A stretch of 64,000 nt of DNA from Alkalihalobacterium alkalicellulosilyticum (GTDB lineage: Bacteria; Bacillota; Bacilli; Bacillales; Bacillaceae_F), in the NCBI RefSeq assembly GCF_002019795.1, contig NZ_KV917381.1, positions 2,324,068-2,388,067 of the forward strand. Reading direction: 5' to 3'. A model generated the notes under the pieces. The model was not told the origin of the DNA, did not search any database, and was given only the letters and a program-made list of their open reading frames with translations. Below, in pieces: positions 51,001-60,220 of the stretch. Position 1 is the first letter of the stretch. Every line of letters begins with the position of its first letter. A program made the position numbers and the translations under genes.

Positions 51001-52283
51001 ATTGTTTCAGGTGAGTTAGGATCAATGATATAAAATGCCTGTAAGTTATCATCATAGCCTTTTAGTAATTGCACGTGCGATGAATTAGGATAATCGACAC
51101 TAATCATCACTGAGACATTCTTTTGAGTTAACTCCTTATATCGGTCAATGTTGCCAAAGAAAAATTGACAAGTCATTCCTACCGCTTGTAAATAGTCCAC
51201 AGCCTTAAGCAATTGTGTTCCATTGACCTCAAAAATATGGTCTGATATTTCATCTTGATCTATTGAGATTCCGTTTCGTTGTAATATCATCGATAACGTA
51301 GCAGGAACACAATAATTATATTTTTGTACCACATTAACTGTTGGTACGATCGTAAGATGATTAGGATTGTATGTTGTACATGTTTGATAAACAGACCCTT
51401 TAAATGTCGCGGTATTCTTATCTACAATGTTACGAAAGGCTTCAAAATCACCTTGAGCATAATACGCTTGTGCTCTGGTATATTGTAAAAAGGGAGCAAA
51501 GGTATGATGAGGAGATAATTTATCCAGTTCATCACTTGTTTGTAAAAACTCATCCCACCGTTCAAGCTGCCTTAACCGCTTCATTCGTTCAATATATAGA
51601 GGTAAGAAAAATGGTACTTTCTCTATTCCTGTTGATACATACTGTAATGCTTTTTCAATGTCTCCTTGCGATAGCATGATTACATGAAGCATCATATAAC
51701 AGTATTGTGGTTGCTTATCTTCCTTCGAGCCACGTTCCAATACTTCCACTGCTTTTTCCCATTGTCCCGAATGGAAATAAAAATACCCCCAATGGTCAAG
51801 GATAGGTTCTTGTGAGATTTCCTCATGTTTTTGTAAAAACGATTCAGCTTCACGAAAACGTTTCATTTCAATAAGAAGAGGAACTAATATGCTATAAATT
51901 CTTTTCAGCATTTTATGGTCTAATGAATCTTTGGATTCAAGGATTTCAAATAACTTTTCTTCAGCCTCGAGAACTTTTCCACGCTCACTCCACTCATCAC
52001 ACAGTAAAATTTGAATGAGCGTGGTATTCATGTGCTTTGCTAAATAGCGAATGATAAAGTTTCCATAAGAATGCAAAAGAGCCCCATCTAATGCTCGCAG
52101 GAGAGGAAGTACATCCTCTTCTTGAATCATAGATAAAACGTGCTTAATATATGAGTAAGATTTTTTTGCCTTTATTTCTGAAATCATTTGGTTTACAAGA
52201 GGAATGGCTAAATCATAGCGACCGTCTTCCATCGCTTTTTTAATGTCTTCTTTCTGAGTAGTAATTTCTATATTTATACTCAA
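48066..52283 (-). CDS. giant TPR-repeat protein with embedded papain-like C39_2 peptidase domain
   Basis: many TPR-like units; aa 320-440 region NYCVPATLSMIL (Cys), SSHVQLL (His), IIDPN (Asp) resembling Peptidase_C39_2; no signal peptide. Confidence 0.7.
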   Translation of the reverse strand: MSINIEITTQKEDIKKAMEDGRYDLAIPLVNQMISEIKAKKSYSYIKHVLSMIQEEDVLPLLRALDGALLHSYGNFIIRYLAKHMNTTLIQILLCDEWSERGKVLEAEEKLFEILESKDSLDHKMLKRIYSILVPLLIEMKRFREAESFLQKHEEISQEPILDHWGYFYFHSGQWEKAVEVLERGSKEDKQPQYCYMMLHVIMLSQGDIEKALQYVSTGIEKVPFFLPLYIERMKRLRQLERWDEFLQTSDELDKLSPHHTFAPFLQYTRAQAYYAQGDFEAFRNIVDKNTATFKGSVYQTCTTYNPNHLTIVPTVNVVQKYNYCVPATLSMILQRNGISIDQDEISDHIFEVNGTQLLKAVDYLQAVGMTCQFFFGNIDRYKELTQKNVSVMISVDYPNSSHVQLLKGYDDNLQAFYIIDPNSPETIVIGYEDFMKYYGKNQCLSMAIVSNSSEMPSLLSSIEHEIVTRVYKLANRLENFDDSTKESDYQFFTQHRDYFFVSIYLMKLFFDGDRDNLHTTISDLQEKLPDSDYIHLICAHTYVKVKEYERATQLLASVKQKETHLYHYLLGRIAYEQERYEEATPHFRKALNVEPDHYDTWSYLSLSSYFSGETQKAFTYADISTDINDKDYWNRMNVGLLLIEEKRYEEARALYHTILKEYKQYAQAWYERAYCDQALSRFSHAIRGYKVARELMPDVPLPYRDLAMIYVHENNNEEAAIQELSQGLEQVGEDFSLLMTLAEIYENSGKLEEAEQHYLRAFSCQPENPYPLLSLIGIYGQNNEHEKAIALLENHYPSFQTDSTFLIHAGEWLVNHSQHETEAALALEWLEAGISYTKSNVEGAWDLYVQLLEYTEHNERARLFLDSQKAKYPNSVDLLCYIGCLFERAEQLDQAIHLYEQALEIEEHYFPYYRLGEVAFTQEQYEEAISFYALCLAQDATVASCYFRLAEIYNRLEDSVNEQQYLFLALEHAPLEVTLPHFIEISHAVGKLADVRDYFERNEGNLLEPWRLDALAYIAKAEGNIKLAESFIKQGLDLDPEAVPLLDHLADIYLTLNRFKEAQSIAITQIEKDVEHRHMYSILLRSTMKITSMYAIKDILKYLEQGENFHSNLYMYMAYEVEQILSERMESYGTFRRLLHMKGILKMEALLIELYNKAIEQNNSQAVIWLSEYHKGYEEFEEAREVLERFLERNWDSEVARYYIDHILNGTSNAERNIDLKLVESVISRCVEEDPNEIQLQIQLATFYYQYNRLKESERLFQTIINENPDYIDAYYEYSRFCEYSGQYQQGENVIKQAITLDPSNAFLYNQLSILEHRQGKTKEALQTINTSIETDSEFLLGYYNKACYLAVLQDVDESLRTLEYVIENDPDSPYFKQLAQTDPDLNNIKQDERTAQEVKQLLK

Positions 52284-52450
52284 TAGAGATCCTCCTTACA
52301 ATCTTTGTAACTCTAGAAATTCGACAAGATTTTTAGATTCCCTTCCTCGTCTATGTAATAATTAATTTCCAATTTAGTTAGAATTGAACATGAAAAAGGC
52401 ATTGAAAAAAGATACATTTACCTTCTTCAATACCCTTATTTTGATATGGT

Positions 52451-53065
52451 TTATTGTTTATTGAAATTTGAAGTATACCATACTTTTGCTTGTTCCACTT
52501 CTTCACTTCTAAGTTCATGGCCTCCTTCATGCCAGTGCTCAGTTACTTTGGCATGGGCATGCTCCAAGTTAGCAACTAACTCTTTTGTCTCCTCTTGTGG
52601 AATGAGCGGGTCTCGTTTACCTGCTCCAATAAAAACAGGCGTACCATGTAAATGAGGTAAATCAATTCCGCGTAAAGGCACCATCGCGTGAAATAAAATA
52701 GCCCCCGCTAAAGATTTCTCATAATGATACATTATACTCGCAGCAATGTTTGCTCCGTTGGAATAACCAATTGCTACAACATTGTCACGATTAAACTGAT
52801 AGTTCTGTGCACATTCACCTATAAAATCATTTAGTTCCTTTGTTCTAAAAATCAAATCTTCTTCGTCAAAGATACCTTCTTGCAAACGACGGAAAAACCG
52901 AGGCATTCCGTTTTCTAATACATTTCCTTTCACACCAAGCATTGATGCATTAGGGGCTATCGCTTGCGCTAATGGGATAAGATCTTGTTCATTTCCACCA
53001 GTCCCATGAAGTAAAAGCAGAGTTGGACCACTCTTCTCTTTTCCTTCTATATATACGTGTTTCAT
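52451..53065 (-). CDS. phospholipase/carboxylesterase family alpha/beta hydrolase (MhqD-like)
   Basis: LLLHGTGGN and GYSNGA nucleophile elbow. Confidence 0.75.
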   Translation of the reverse strand: MKHVYIEGKEKSGPTLLLLHGTGGNEQDLIPLAQAIAPNASMLGVKGNVLENGMPRFFRRLQEGIFDEEDLIFRTKELNDFIGECAQNYQFNRDNVVAIGYSNGANIAASIMYHYEKSLAGAILFHAMVPLRGIDLPHLHGTPVFIGAGKRDPLIPQEETKELVANLEHAHAKVTEHWHEGGHELRSEEVEQAKVWYTSNFNKQ

Positions 53066-53083
53066 TTTCAGTTCCTCCTTCCT

Positions 53084-54064
53084 TTATTCCTTTGTTTCCA
53101 ATGGCTTCAAGCGAGCTTCAATATTGGCACGTTGGTCTTCAAAATAAGGTGGCAAGGATAAAGCTTCACCCAAGTTTTCAAATGATTCATCTCCTTCAAA
53201 TCCTGGACCATCCGTAGCAAGTTCAAAAAGTATCCCATTTGGTTCACGGAAATACAACGAACGGAAATAATATCTCTCAACAAATCCAGAATTCGGAATG
53301 CGTAACTCTTGTAAATAATCTACCCATTTACGCATTTCAGCCTCATCTTCAACCCGAAAAGCAACATGGTGAACACTTCCTCTTCCTTGACGTTCTCTAG
53401 GAAGGTCTGAGCGTTCTTCTACATGAATCTCAGCACCGGTACCCCCTTCACCTACCTCAAGAACAATAATATCTTTTTGTCCTGAAACTGGAGAAGGATA
53501 TGTGCGATTTTCTCTAAAGCCCATAATATCTTTCAGTACTTTGATTGTATATTCTGCTTGTGGAACAGTTAATTTAACTGGTCCTAATCCATAAATGCTA
53601 TGTTGAGTAGGTACTGGACTTTGATCCCAAGGCTTCCCTGGAGCAACCCCTTGATTATTCTGATCAGACACCAAAACCAAACGTTGTCCTTCAAAGTCAC
53701 GAAAAGCTAATGTCGCTCTTCCGCTCTCATTCGTAATGTCATCATGTTCTACTTGTAACTCCTCAAACCTGCTCTTCCAGTATGATAGCGCCTCATCATT
53801 AGGTACTCGTAATGATGTAGCAGATATACTACTTGTGCCATGATAGGTTTGACCAGCATGAGGAAATTCAAAAAACGTTAAATCCGTACCAGGATTTCCT
53901 CTTTCATCGGCATAAAACAGGTGATAAACGGATGTATCATCTTGATTTACAGTTTTCTTTACTAGTCGTAATCCGAGAATTTTTGTGTAAAACTCATAAT
54001 TTTTTTTCGCATCTGTCGTAATGGCAGAAACATGATGTATTCCTTTTAAAGGCTTTAGACTCAT
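53084..54064 (-). CDS. ring-cleaving dioxygenase, VOC/glyoxalase family (MhqE/MhqA-like)
   Basis: two VOC modules (IHHVS, HHVAF), 326 aa. Confidence 0.8.
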   Translation of the reverse strand: MSLKPLKGIHHVSAITTDAKKNYEFYTKILGLRLVKKTVNQDDTSVYHLFYADERGNPGTDLTFFEFPHAGQTYHGTSSISATSLRVPNDEALSYWKSRFEELQVEHDDITNESGRATLAFRDFEGQRLVLVSDQNNQGVAPGKPWDQSPVPTQHSIYGLGPVKLTVPQAEYTIKVLKDIMGFRENRTYPSPVSGQKDIIVLEVGEGGTGAEIHVEERSDLPRERQGRGSVHHVAFRVEDEAEMRKWVDYLQELRIPNSGFVERYYFRSLYFREPNGILFELATDGPGFEGDESFENLGEALSLPPYFEDQRANIEARLKPLETKE

Positions 54065-54090
54065 AGTTGTTTCTCCTCTCAGTAAGTTCC

Positions 54091-54702
54091 TTATTCATTC
54101 CCTTTTTTTATCAATTCCGCAATTTGTACTGTTCGCTTTGCTTGATATTTAACAGCATCTTCGACATCCTCTTTCATGTTGCCTTCTTGGTCTACCGTTA
54201 CACTAGTTCCATAAGGATTTCCGCCGGCCGCAAACGTGACAGGGTCAGAATAGCCAGGTGCAGCTACAATCGCTCCCCAGTGATACATTGTTGTATAAAT
54301 TCCAAGAATGGTTGCCTCTTGACCACCATGTAAATTAGATGCTGAAGACATAGCACTTACGACCTTATTAACTAACTTCCCATTAAACCATAAACCACCA
54401 GTCGTATCTAAAAACTGTTTCATTTGAGCTGGCATGCTACCAAATCGTGTTGGTGCACTAAAGATAATGGCGTCTGCCCATTCTAAATCATTTAAGGTAA
54501 CCTCTGGAACATCTTTTGTTGCTTCCACGTGAGCTTTCCAACCTGGGTTTGATTCAATGGCTGATGCTGGTGCCAATTCAGGAACTTTTACTACTTTTAC
54601 ATTGGCGCCTGCTGCCTCTGCTCCTTCTTTAGCCCACTCAGCCATTTTATAGTTTGTTCCTGTAGAGCTATAGTAAATTACAGCTAAATTAATGTTTCCC
54701 AT
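54091..54702 (-). CDS. NAD(P)H:quinone oxidoreductase, WrbA-type flavodoxin-like
   Basis: AVIYYSSTGTN flavodoxin signature; RBS aaaggaga before MGNINL. Confidence 0.8.
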   Translation of the reverse strand: MGNINLAVIYYSSTGTNYKMAEWAKEGAEAAGANVKVVKVPELAPASAIESNPGWKAHVEATKDVPEVTLNDLEWADAIIFSAPTRFGSMPAQMKQFLDTTGGLWFNGKLVNKVVSAMSSASNLHGGQEATILGIYTTMYHWGAIVAAPGYSDPVTFAAGGNPYGTSVTVDQEGNMKEDVEDAVKYQAKRTVQIAELIKKGNE

Positions 54703-54858
54703 TTTAATCGTCTCCTTTTTAGTTCCAATATGAAATAATTTTTTTAATATACTCACCTGTACAACCCCTCGCAGCCTTACTAGTTTTTCTTTACCTTCTT
54801 AAAAGGATTCACTTTTCGAGAATATATTTCAAAACCTTACCAGCACCTCCTAAATAAT

Positions 54859-54913
54859 TATCTTTAATTTAAGATTTATCAGCAAAAAAATATATTATCT
54901 TGAATTTAAGATA
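54859..54913. promoter_or_regulatory. two MhqR-box-like imperfect palindromes (TATCTTTAATTTAAGAT and TATCTTGAATTTAAGATA)
   Basis: resemble the B. subtilis MhqR operator consensus tATCTcgaAtTCgAGATa (recalled from memory); upstream of quinone-detox-like operon. Confidence 0.45.
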
Positions 54914-55053
54914 ATTATATTCGTTTTTAAGTAGAAATGTCAACCACTTAGTTGAACTTGTTTTTTCTTTCCCCTTCATATTGTAAAACTAAACATTACA
55001 TTTCCTTTATTCTGTATTATAATAATAGTACATTTTCAAAAGAGGTGATTAAC

Positions 55054-55341
55054 ATGGCGAAGTCAAAAGCCAAGAAAGTTCGGGAAAAACGAAGCCGAGA
55101 AGGAAAGCGTAATCCAGAGTTAAGTAGAAGTCCATTTGCCTTTACTGACATGAGAACGAGAAAAACAAAAACCAAAAAAGATATTTTATATTGCAAAAAG
55201 AGAAAAGACCAATCTTTCCAAAACGGAGATGATTGGTCTTATTTATTTTTTCTTCTCAAGCACAAAAAAACTGTTATTGAATGTCACACATTGTTGGTCA
55301 CATTTACGTTTAGCTCATATAATTACTGTATTAAATCTTAA
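55054..55341 (+). CDS. hypothetical small basic protein
   Basis: ATG with RBS aaagaggtga; K/R-rich N-terminus; C-terminal part may be spurious. Confidence 0.35.
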   Translation: MAKSKAKKVREKRSREGKRNPELSRSPFAFTDMRTRKTKTKKDILYCKKRKDQSFQNGDDWSYLFFLLKHKKTVIECHTLLVTFTFSSYNYCIKS

Positions 55342-55359
55342 AAAAGTCGGGTGAACAGG

Positions 55360-56385
55360 ATGAAAGCGTCTAAGCTTAAGTTTGCAGGAGCGAGAGTGAT
55401 TAAAACAGGAATCGCTGTGTTCATTACAGCATTTTTATGTTTACTATTAGAACTCCCAGCTGTCTATGCCGTCATAACTGCCATAGTATCTATTGAACCC
55501 ACGGCATCTGATTCCATTCGAAAAGGATTAATTAGATTTCCCGCTTCAGGAATAGGCGCTGCTTTGGCTGTCCTGTTTGTCGCTTTCTTTGGAGAAACTC
55601 CATTTACGTATGCCAGCGCTGCAGTTTTAACGATTTTACTATGTCATTCTTTAAAATTATATGATGGCTATTTAGTTGCTGTATTAACCGCAGTTGCGAT
55701 GATACCAACTATACATGATAATTATTTTTTAACTTTTTTATCGAGACTGGGAACGACTTCGATTGGATTAATTGTTGCAACACTCATCAATACTTTTGTG
55801 TTGCCACCAAAATTTACACCGATGATTCAGTCACAAGTGAAACAATATTATCATTTAACTGCTAAAGCACTTGAAGAATGGGTAACGAAGATTAAGGAAC
55901 ATCAACTCTCTTCATCCCCATCAACATCTTACATCCAATTACAAAAAGTGATGAATAAAACAAACCAACTCACACAATTTCAATTGCAGGAATGGAAATT
56001 TCATAAGGGAAAAATAAACGAAATTAGAAGCTTTCACCGAATTCAAGATATAATTCTATTATTCCAACGCATCAACTTACACCTTGGTAACTTACAGTAC
56101 CTTAAAGAAAGGATTAATTTCTCAGCAGAAGAAATCCGATTTATCTCAAAACTTATTCAATCAATAACAACTATTCTGCTACATCCTAAAGGTGAAATCC
56201 CTTCCACCCATTATCAACTGATTGATGAGCTAGACACTAGATTTAAATATGTCAACTCACATTATGTAGTCAATAAAAAATACCACCATCATTTTTCCCC
56301 AAAGACCGTAATATATTATGAACTACTATCACTTCATGACACATTAGAAGAGCTTGAATGGTTACATAAAAAACAACACAAATAA
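55360..56385 (+). CDS. FUSC/aromatic-acid-exporter family membrane protein (YgaE/UPF0421-like)
   Basis: N-terminal LKFAGARVIKTGIAVF and multi-TM region followed by cytoplasmic helical domain. Confidence 0.6.
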   Translation: MKASKLKFAGARVIKTGIAVFITAFLCLLLELPAVYAVITAIVSIEPTASDSIRKGLIRFPASGIGAALAVLFVAFFGETPFTYASAAVLTILLCHSLKLYDGYLVAVLTAVAMIPTIHDNYFLTFLSRLGTTSIGLIVATLINTFVLPPKFTPMIQSQVKQYYHLTAKALEEWVTKIKEHQLSSSPSTSYIQLQKVMNKTNQLTQFQLQEWKFHKGKINEIRSFHRIQDIILLFQRINLHLGNLQYLKERINFSAEEIRFISKLIQSITTILLHPKGEIPSTHYQLIDELDTRFKYVNSHYVVNKKYHHHFSPKTVIYYELLSLHDTLEELEWLHKKQHK

Positions 56386-56531
56386 CTAAGTTACATTAAA
56401 ATCATCTCAAAATAGGTAACTCTTTTGCGCGCTATTCGCTTTAGATAATCGGCTATTTCCCATTAATCCCCCATCTTTTGCATTAGATATGTTACTATAA
56501 TTAGATAATGAAAATGATGGAGTGATATTGT

Positions 56532-56948
56532 TTGAGGCGTTTTTTATATTTACTTATTTGTTCGTTGTTCTTATTTGCTGCATGCCAACAAGACCTTGAA
56601 CCAAAAACAAAAGACAAAAGTATACTTATAAATTCTATTTCAAAAGCGGCTAGTAATTTAGAAGGATTGGATAATGTTCACGTTGCCTCTGGCACGTTAT
56701 CTCGAACTAAGCCTTTGATTACGCTTGAGCTTATTTATAAAGAACCACGTTCAATTGAACACATTGAACTTCTTACTGAACATTTCTATATGTCACTAGA
56801 AAAAATATTGATAAATGAAAACATAGAGTTAGAGCTTTGGAAGGAGTATGACCTTGAGATCATCGTAAGGACGATAAATGATGGTTTTGTAAAAACTGGA
56901 ATTCAGGAAAAAGGAAATACGGTTATAGAATGGGATGTGGAGGAATAA
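56532..56948 (+). CDS. lipoprotein of unknown function (first gene of two-component operon)
   Basis: lipobox LFAAC; stop overlaps response regulator start region. Confidence 0.5.
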   Translation: MRRFLYLLICSLFLFAACQQDLEPKTKDKSILINSISKAASNLEGLDNVHVASGTLSRTKPLITLELIYKEPRSIEHIELLTEHFYMSLEKILINENIELELWKEYDLEIIVRTINDGFVKTGIQEKGNTVIEWDVEE

Positions 56949-56962
56949 CAAAGGAGGTCTAT

Positions 56963-57670
56963 ATGAATAACCTTACTGTACTCGTTGCAGATGATGATCC
57001 ATACGTCTGTGAAATCATTCGTCTTTTTTTTACAGATAATAATTATACGGTGATTGAAGCAAATAATGGTCGTGATGCTCTTTCACTCTTTGAATCTGAA
57101 AACCCTGATATTGTTTTGTTAGATATTATGATGCCAGACATCGATGGATATGAAGTGTGTAAAGAAATCCGTAAAAAGACGGATACACCAATAATTATGT
57201 TATCCGCAAAAGATGAAGAGTTTGATAGAATATTAGGGTTAGAAATTGGGGCTGATGATTATGTTACGAAGCCCTTTAGTCCTAGAGAAATCATTGCTCG
57301 AATTAAGGCTATATTTCGAAGGACTTCTGCGAGACCTTTAGGTGATGAACGTTCTGTTGAAGAAGAAATTTATACTTTTTCTTCTTTTTCAATAGCGGTT
57401 CTGCAACGAAAAGTTGACGTCCAAGGAACATCATTAACGTTACGCCCTAAAGAGTTTGACTTGCTTTTGTATTTGGTGCGACATCCCAACGCCGTCTTAA
57501 CAAGAGAGCAATTGCTCGAGCATGTTTGGGGTTTTGATTTTGTTGGTGATATTCGTACCGTAGATGTACATATCAAACGAATTCGAACTGAGTTTGCAAA
57601 GCACCACATTGATTGTATACATACGGTATGGGGTGTTGGTTATCAGTTTCAAGAAAAGGAAAAGGAGTGA
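56963..57670 (+). CDS. OmpR-family response regulator
   Basis: receiver LVADDD...D...K, winged-helix C-terminus; RBS ggagg. Confidence 0.9.
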   Translation: MNNLTVLVADDDPYVCEIIRLFFTDNNYTVIEANNGRDALSLFESENPDIVLLDIMMPDIDGYEVCKEIRKKTDTPIIMLSAKDEEFDRILGLEIGADDYVTKPFSPREIIARIKAIFRRTSARPLGDERSVEEEIYTFSSFSIAVLQRKVDVQGTSLTLRPKEFDLLLYLVRHPNAVLTREQLLEHVWGFDFVGDIRTVDVHIKRIRTEFAKHHIDCIHTVWGVGYQFQEKEKE

Positions 57671-57678
57671 ATGCTCCT

Positions 57679-59118
57679 ATGAAATGGTTTAACCAAAGTT
57701 TGTTTCGAAGATTACTATTTAGTTTTTTAATTGTTTTTTTATTAGGTTTTAGTTTAATTGGCATCGTGATAGCCCACTCGACTGCTGATTATATTACAAG
57801 TCAAAAGCGAATGGAAATGCTTACCTATGCGCGAAACGTAAATGGTGCGATACTTCATGAGACGGATGTAAATGCAAATGTGAAAAATACAATTGAACAC
57901 CTCGCTTCATTCTCAGAAACAACAATCTGGTTGATTAATGATACAGGTGAAATTGTCGCCACATCGTCAGAGCAAGATTTATTTTTAGGTGAATTTATTA
58001 ATGATGAACTGATGGAACAAATTCTCAATGGAGGCACTAGCTTTCAAGTCATGAATATTGAGGATGAAGAAAGACCAATGTTATCGGTTGCTGTACCTTG
58101 GGGAACAACCGAGCAAATCCATGGGGCCATCATCATGCACTCACCTGTCTCAGGAATAAAATCGACAGTACGAAACATTAGAGAAATTATACTGTGGGCA
58201 TCGATAAGCGGCTTATTGATAGTTGGTTTACTCGTATCCTACTTATCATGGTCCATCTCTAAACCCTTACGAAAAATAGAAGAAGCAGCGAATGAAATCG
58301 CATTAGGGAATTATAAAAAAAGAGTATACCACAGCGTTCCGGATGAAATTGGAGAGCTTGTTAACTCCTTTAATCGAATGGCAGCAAAGCTGTATGACAT
58401 CGAAAAAGAACGAGGCACTCTAGAAAATCGGCGCAAAGATTTTATAGCAAATATTTCACATGAACTTCGGACTCCCTTAACTGCAATGAAAGGCTTTTTA
58501 GAAGCGTTGCAGGATGGCCTAGTTAAGGATAAGGAGTCTCAACAACGTTATTATGAAATCATGTATCGAGAAACTGAATATCTCCAGTATTTAGTCGATG
58601 ACTTAATGGACCTTATTAAACTTGAAGAAAAACAGGTAACTCTTGATTTATACTTTGTTCAAATCGATGACGTTATTAAAAAAGTAGCCGTTCAATTGGA
58701 ACCTTCATTCGAGGAAAAAGGAAATACATTCACATTAGTAGCACCTGAGTACATCCCCACAATTACCGGGGATTCGTTACGTCTCGAACAAATCTTTAAA
58801 AACTTAATTCATAATGCTAATAAATTTACAGAGGATGGGCAAGTTATCGCAAACATAGAACAACAAGATGATGACATTGTAGTCCAAATAATTGATACCG
58901 GCAAAGGCATTCCCTCTTATGATTTAAACCGAATTTGGGAACGTTTCTTTAAGGTTGACAGAATTCGCACAAAAAAAGGCAGAGGAACTGGCTTGGGGTT
59001 AGCAATCGTGAAAGAACTTGTTGAACTTCACCATGGAACGATTACGGTAGAGAGCGAAATTGGAAAAGGGACAACTTTTTCGATCCGATTCCCAACCAAC
59101 AGACAAGATAATCTATGA
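57679..59118 (+). CDS. sensor histidine kinase (2 TM, periplasmic domain, HAMP, HisKA, HATPase)
   Basis: H-box SHELRTPLTAM, G-boxes DTGKGIP, GTGLGL; RBS aaaggag. Confidence 0.9.
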   Translation: MKWFNQSLFRRLLFSFLIVFLLGFSLIGIVIAHSTADYITSQKRMEMLTYARNVNGAILHETDVNANVKNTIEHLASFSETTIWLINDTGEIVATSSEQDLFLGEFINDELMEQILNGGTSFQVMNIEDEERPMLSVAVPWGTTEQIHGAIIMHSPVSGIKSTVRNIREIILWASISGLLIVGLLVSYLSWSISKPLRKIEEAANEIALGNYKKRVYHSVPDEIGELVNSFNRMAAKLYDIEKERGTLENRRKDFIANISHELRTPLTAMKGFLEALQDGLVKDKESQQRYYEIMYRETEYLQYLVDDLMDLIKLEEKQVTLDLYFVQIDDVIKKVAVQLEPSFEEKGNTFTLVAPEYIPTITGDSLRLEQIFKNLIHNANKFTEDGQVIANIEQQDDDIVVQIIDTGKGIPSYDLNRIWERFFKVDRIRTKKGRGTGLGLAIVKELVELHHGTITVESEIGKGTTFSIRFPTNRQDNL

Positions 59119-59215
59119 TTTTGTTACACGTTTTTAATATGATTTAATAATTTGATCATATTTCACTAAAAAATTGCTCATATTTATTAGATACAATGAC
59201 ATCATCCTACAGTAA

Positions 59216-60220
59216 ATGGGTGATATTATGTCTACGAATCTTGGAATGTTGGAGCAAAATCAAACTAGTAAAATTAAGTTATATTCGTTTATCATTCTTC
59301 TCCCTTTAATCGCGATTATCCCTAATGGTTGGGGTTGGGAAAGACTACAATTCTTTTTAGTGCTACTATTACCAATTGTGTTATGTGCGCATTATTTTCA
59401 GCTTGAAAAAGAAACCTTGAAAAAGTCGTTTATCTTTCTAGGGATCTTCATTATTGCCAATTTATCAACATTTGGCCTTCATGTGTGGCAGCTGGTTTGG
59501 GAAATTTCAAACCCCAATGGACTATTTGGATTTAAGATTCCGATCGACCCACTGCTTTACTCGATTCCTTTTAATGATGGAACATGGTTATGGCAGCTTT
59601 CAACTCCACTGCTCCTAGATCAATTTTTTGTTTGGATTTATGTGCACGGGTTTGTGTTTTGCTTGCTAGCACTCGCTGTTTATTATTTACTGACTGGACA
59701 GCCGAATAAGATACTTCTAGCGATGTTTGCAGGCCATTTTCTTCAATACTTGCTTATCCTCCCTTTTCACTTTTGGGTAGATGGACACCAAGTATGGTGG
59801 ATTTATAATCAATGGTTTGGTACCACATTCACTGATCCGTTATTAGGCCATCGAACGATAACAGAGCCAATTATTCCAAGTCTTAATCATGTCTTTCCAA
59901 GCATGCATACATCTATAGCATTTGTCACTATTTTGCTAGCGCTTAGAGAAAAAGCAAAGCCGATACGATATTTCTTTGTTCCATTAAATATACTAATTAT
60001 CATTTCTACGGTTTACTTAGGGATTCATTGGGTCATTGACCTTGCCGGTGGGATGATATTTGGATACGTTGTACTTAAACTTTCGGATAAAATAATGGCT
60101 ACACAATGGAAAGAAAAATGGACTGCACTCAAAGAGAAAAAACCAGTTTATCATATGCCGCTTACAAAACCAGAAGTGAAACATCAAGAGAGTCATCTAT
60201 TTTGGCGTGATGACAAATGA
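59216..60220 (+). CDS. PAP2-superfamily membrane protein
   Basis: SMHTS and HWVID motifs (PAP2 motifs 2 and 3) in a polytopic membrane protein. Confidence 0.55.
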   Translation: MGDIMSTNLGMLEQNQTSKIKLYSFIILLPLIAIIPNGWGWERLQFFLVLLLPIVLCAHYFQLEKETLKKSFIFLGIFIIANLSTFGLHVWQLVWEISNPNGLFGFKIPIDPLLYSIPFNDGTWLWQLSTPLLLDQFFVWIYVHGFVFCLLALAVYYLLTGQPNKILLAMFAGHFLQYLLILPFHFWVDGHQVWWIYNQWFGTTFTDPLLGHRTITEPIIPSLNHVFPSMHTSIAFVTILLALREKAKPIRYFFVPLNILIIISTVYLGIHWVIDLAGGMIFGYVVLKLSDKIMATQWKEKWTALKEKKPVYHMPLTKPEVKHQESHLFWRDDK

